A model generated the notes under the pieces. It was not told the origin of the DNA and made no database searches. It was given only the letters and a program-made list of their open reading frames with translations. Below, piece after piece: positions 62,722-64,000 of a DNA stretch of 64,000 nt (position 1 is its first letter; every line of letters begins with the position of its first letter). A program made the translations under genes and the position numbers. Source of the stretch: Felis catus (Eukaryota); NCBI RefSeq assembly GCF_018350175.1, contig NC_058368.1, positions 29,080,001 to 29,144,000 on the forward strand. Direction: 5' to 3'.

Positions 62722-62754
<33 letters not shown>

Positions 62755-62900
62755 TGATTGCAATGTTTAATTAGCGTTAAACATAATTATTAACATTAGT
62801 TAATAGATATATACTTAGTATTTTTTTCCAGATAAAATTGACATATTAGTCTCAGGTGTACATGATTCAAGATATATATATATAATCGCAATGTTTAGTT
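62645..62900. repeat. Local tandem duplication with identical 64-bp core
   Basis: 62645-62708 is identical to 62811-62874. Confidence 0.92.
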
Positions 62901-63007
62901 AACATCATCACCATACAGTTAAACATTTTACCATTAATTTTTTACAGTTTAATTTTCAGCATTAAAAATTCATTTTTAAAAAAATTCATATTTTTTAAAC
63001 CAATATA

Positions 63008-63323
63008 CAGTTGAACAAAGCAGGGGTTAATGGTATTGACCCCCTACGCAACTGAAAATCCTGAGGTATTGACTTCTGACTATCCAAAAACTGCTAAGCC
63101 TACTGTTGATCAGAAGCCTTACCAATGACAAAAAATTGATTAACATATATTTTGTATGTTATATTATACATTGTATTCCTACAATAAAGTAAGCTAGAGA
63201 AAAGAAAATGTTAAGAAAATCATAAATACAATACTTCTACAGTACTATACTGTATTTATAAAAACAAGTCAATGTATAAAAAGATCTATGCAGTTCAAAC
63301 CCATGTTATTCAGGAGCCAACTG
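63008..63323. mobile_element. Tigger2a/MER8-like TcMar DNA transposon
   Basis: CAGTTG...CAACTG termini, TA on the left flank, gcagttcaaacccatgttattcagg subterminal motif. Confidence 0.75.
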
Positions 63324-63746
63324 TGTAATAATGTCTCTGTTATTATATTTTGCATTAAATTCTCTTATTTGGACTACTATTCCACCTTATTTTGGCTCAT
63401 TTTAGCCTGCTATATCTATTTCTATCCTTTTATTTAAATTTTTGTTTCTAGGTGTCTCTTGTAAACGATTAATACAACCAGAATCTTCTATTTGGTTACT
63501 TAACCCATTCATATTTACTTGTAATCAGTGCTACATCCAAATTTCTGCCACTTTATTTTCCATTTACTGTAATCTTTCTCTGTTCACTCTTTCTGCTTCC
63601 CACTAGACAAACTGAGTTACTTCTTATTTTTGTTTTACATTTTATTTGTATTCTTACAGTAGTTTTTATAATCAAATTCATGTTTGTTTACTCAATTTCT
63701 TAATCTTTTCAATCTCTGTAACTTCCTTTTAACAAGAGGCATTATA

Positions 63747-63950
63747 GGCGCACCTGGGTGACTCAATCAGTTAAGCATCTGACTTTGGCTCAGGTCATGA
63801 TCTCGTGGTTCATGGGTTCAAGCCCCTTGTCAGGCTCTGTGCTGACACCTCAGAGCCTGGAGCTTGTTTCGGATTCTGTGTCTCCCTCTCTCTCTGCCCC
63901 TCTCCCTGCTCATGCTCTTTCTCAAAAATCAACATTAAAAAAAAAAAAAA
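63747..63950 (+). mobile_element. CanSINE (SINEC_Fc-like)
   Basis: Typical head and poly(A); TSD aggcatt. Confidence 0.92.
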
Positions 63951-64000
63951 GGCATTTTAACTCTCTTGTCTTAGTCAATACCTCCAACTCCAATCATGAT

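Noticed and set aside
22900..64000. Exons of a neighbouring gene or a processed pseudogene upstream of RGCC
   Set aside because: No non-repeat ORF resembled a known protein. Small exons or lncRNAs cannot be excluded without alignment or expression data.

Overview
Mammalian genomic DNA, almost certainly from a felid, judged by abundant SINEC_Fc-type CanSINEs and carnivore L1. The only protein-coding gene I can support is RGCC (RGC-32, regulator of cell cycle) on the minus strand. It has 5 coding exons (21508-21460, 20921-20736, 11715-11608, 9862-9800, 8512-8505), all GT-AG, giving 414 nt and 137 aa, plus a TATA/GC-box CpG-island promoter and an AATAAA at 8130-8135. The ~42 kb upstream (22.5-64 kb) is intergenic and mostly transposon-derived: a near-full-length dead L1, a second inverted 5'-truncated L1, older L1M fragments, MLT1/MLT2 LTRs, MER3/MER5/Tigger elements, CanSINEs (24 listed across the whole window) and simple repeats. 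I found no new gene system. The best leads are (1) two inverted L1 copies sharing identical stop codons and frameshifts in short near-identical patches, suggesting ectopic gene conversion; (2) loss of the RGCC CDK1-type site (T111->P); (3) a degenerate Pumilio element beside the poly(A) signal; (4) possible alternative RGCC N-termini. Repeat family names and ortholog comparisons come from recalled consensus sequences, not a database search, and repeat boundaries are approximate.
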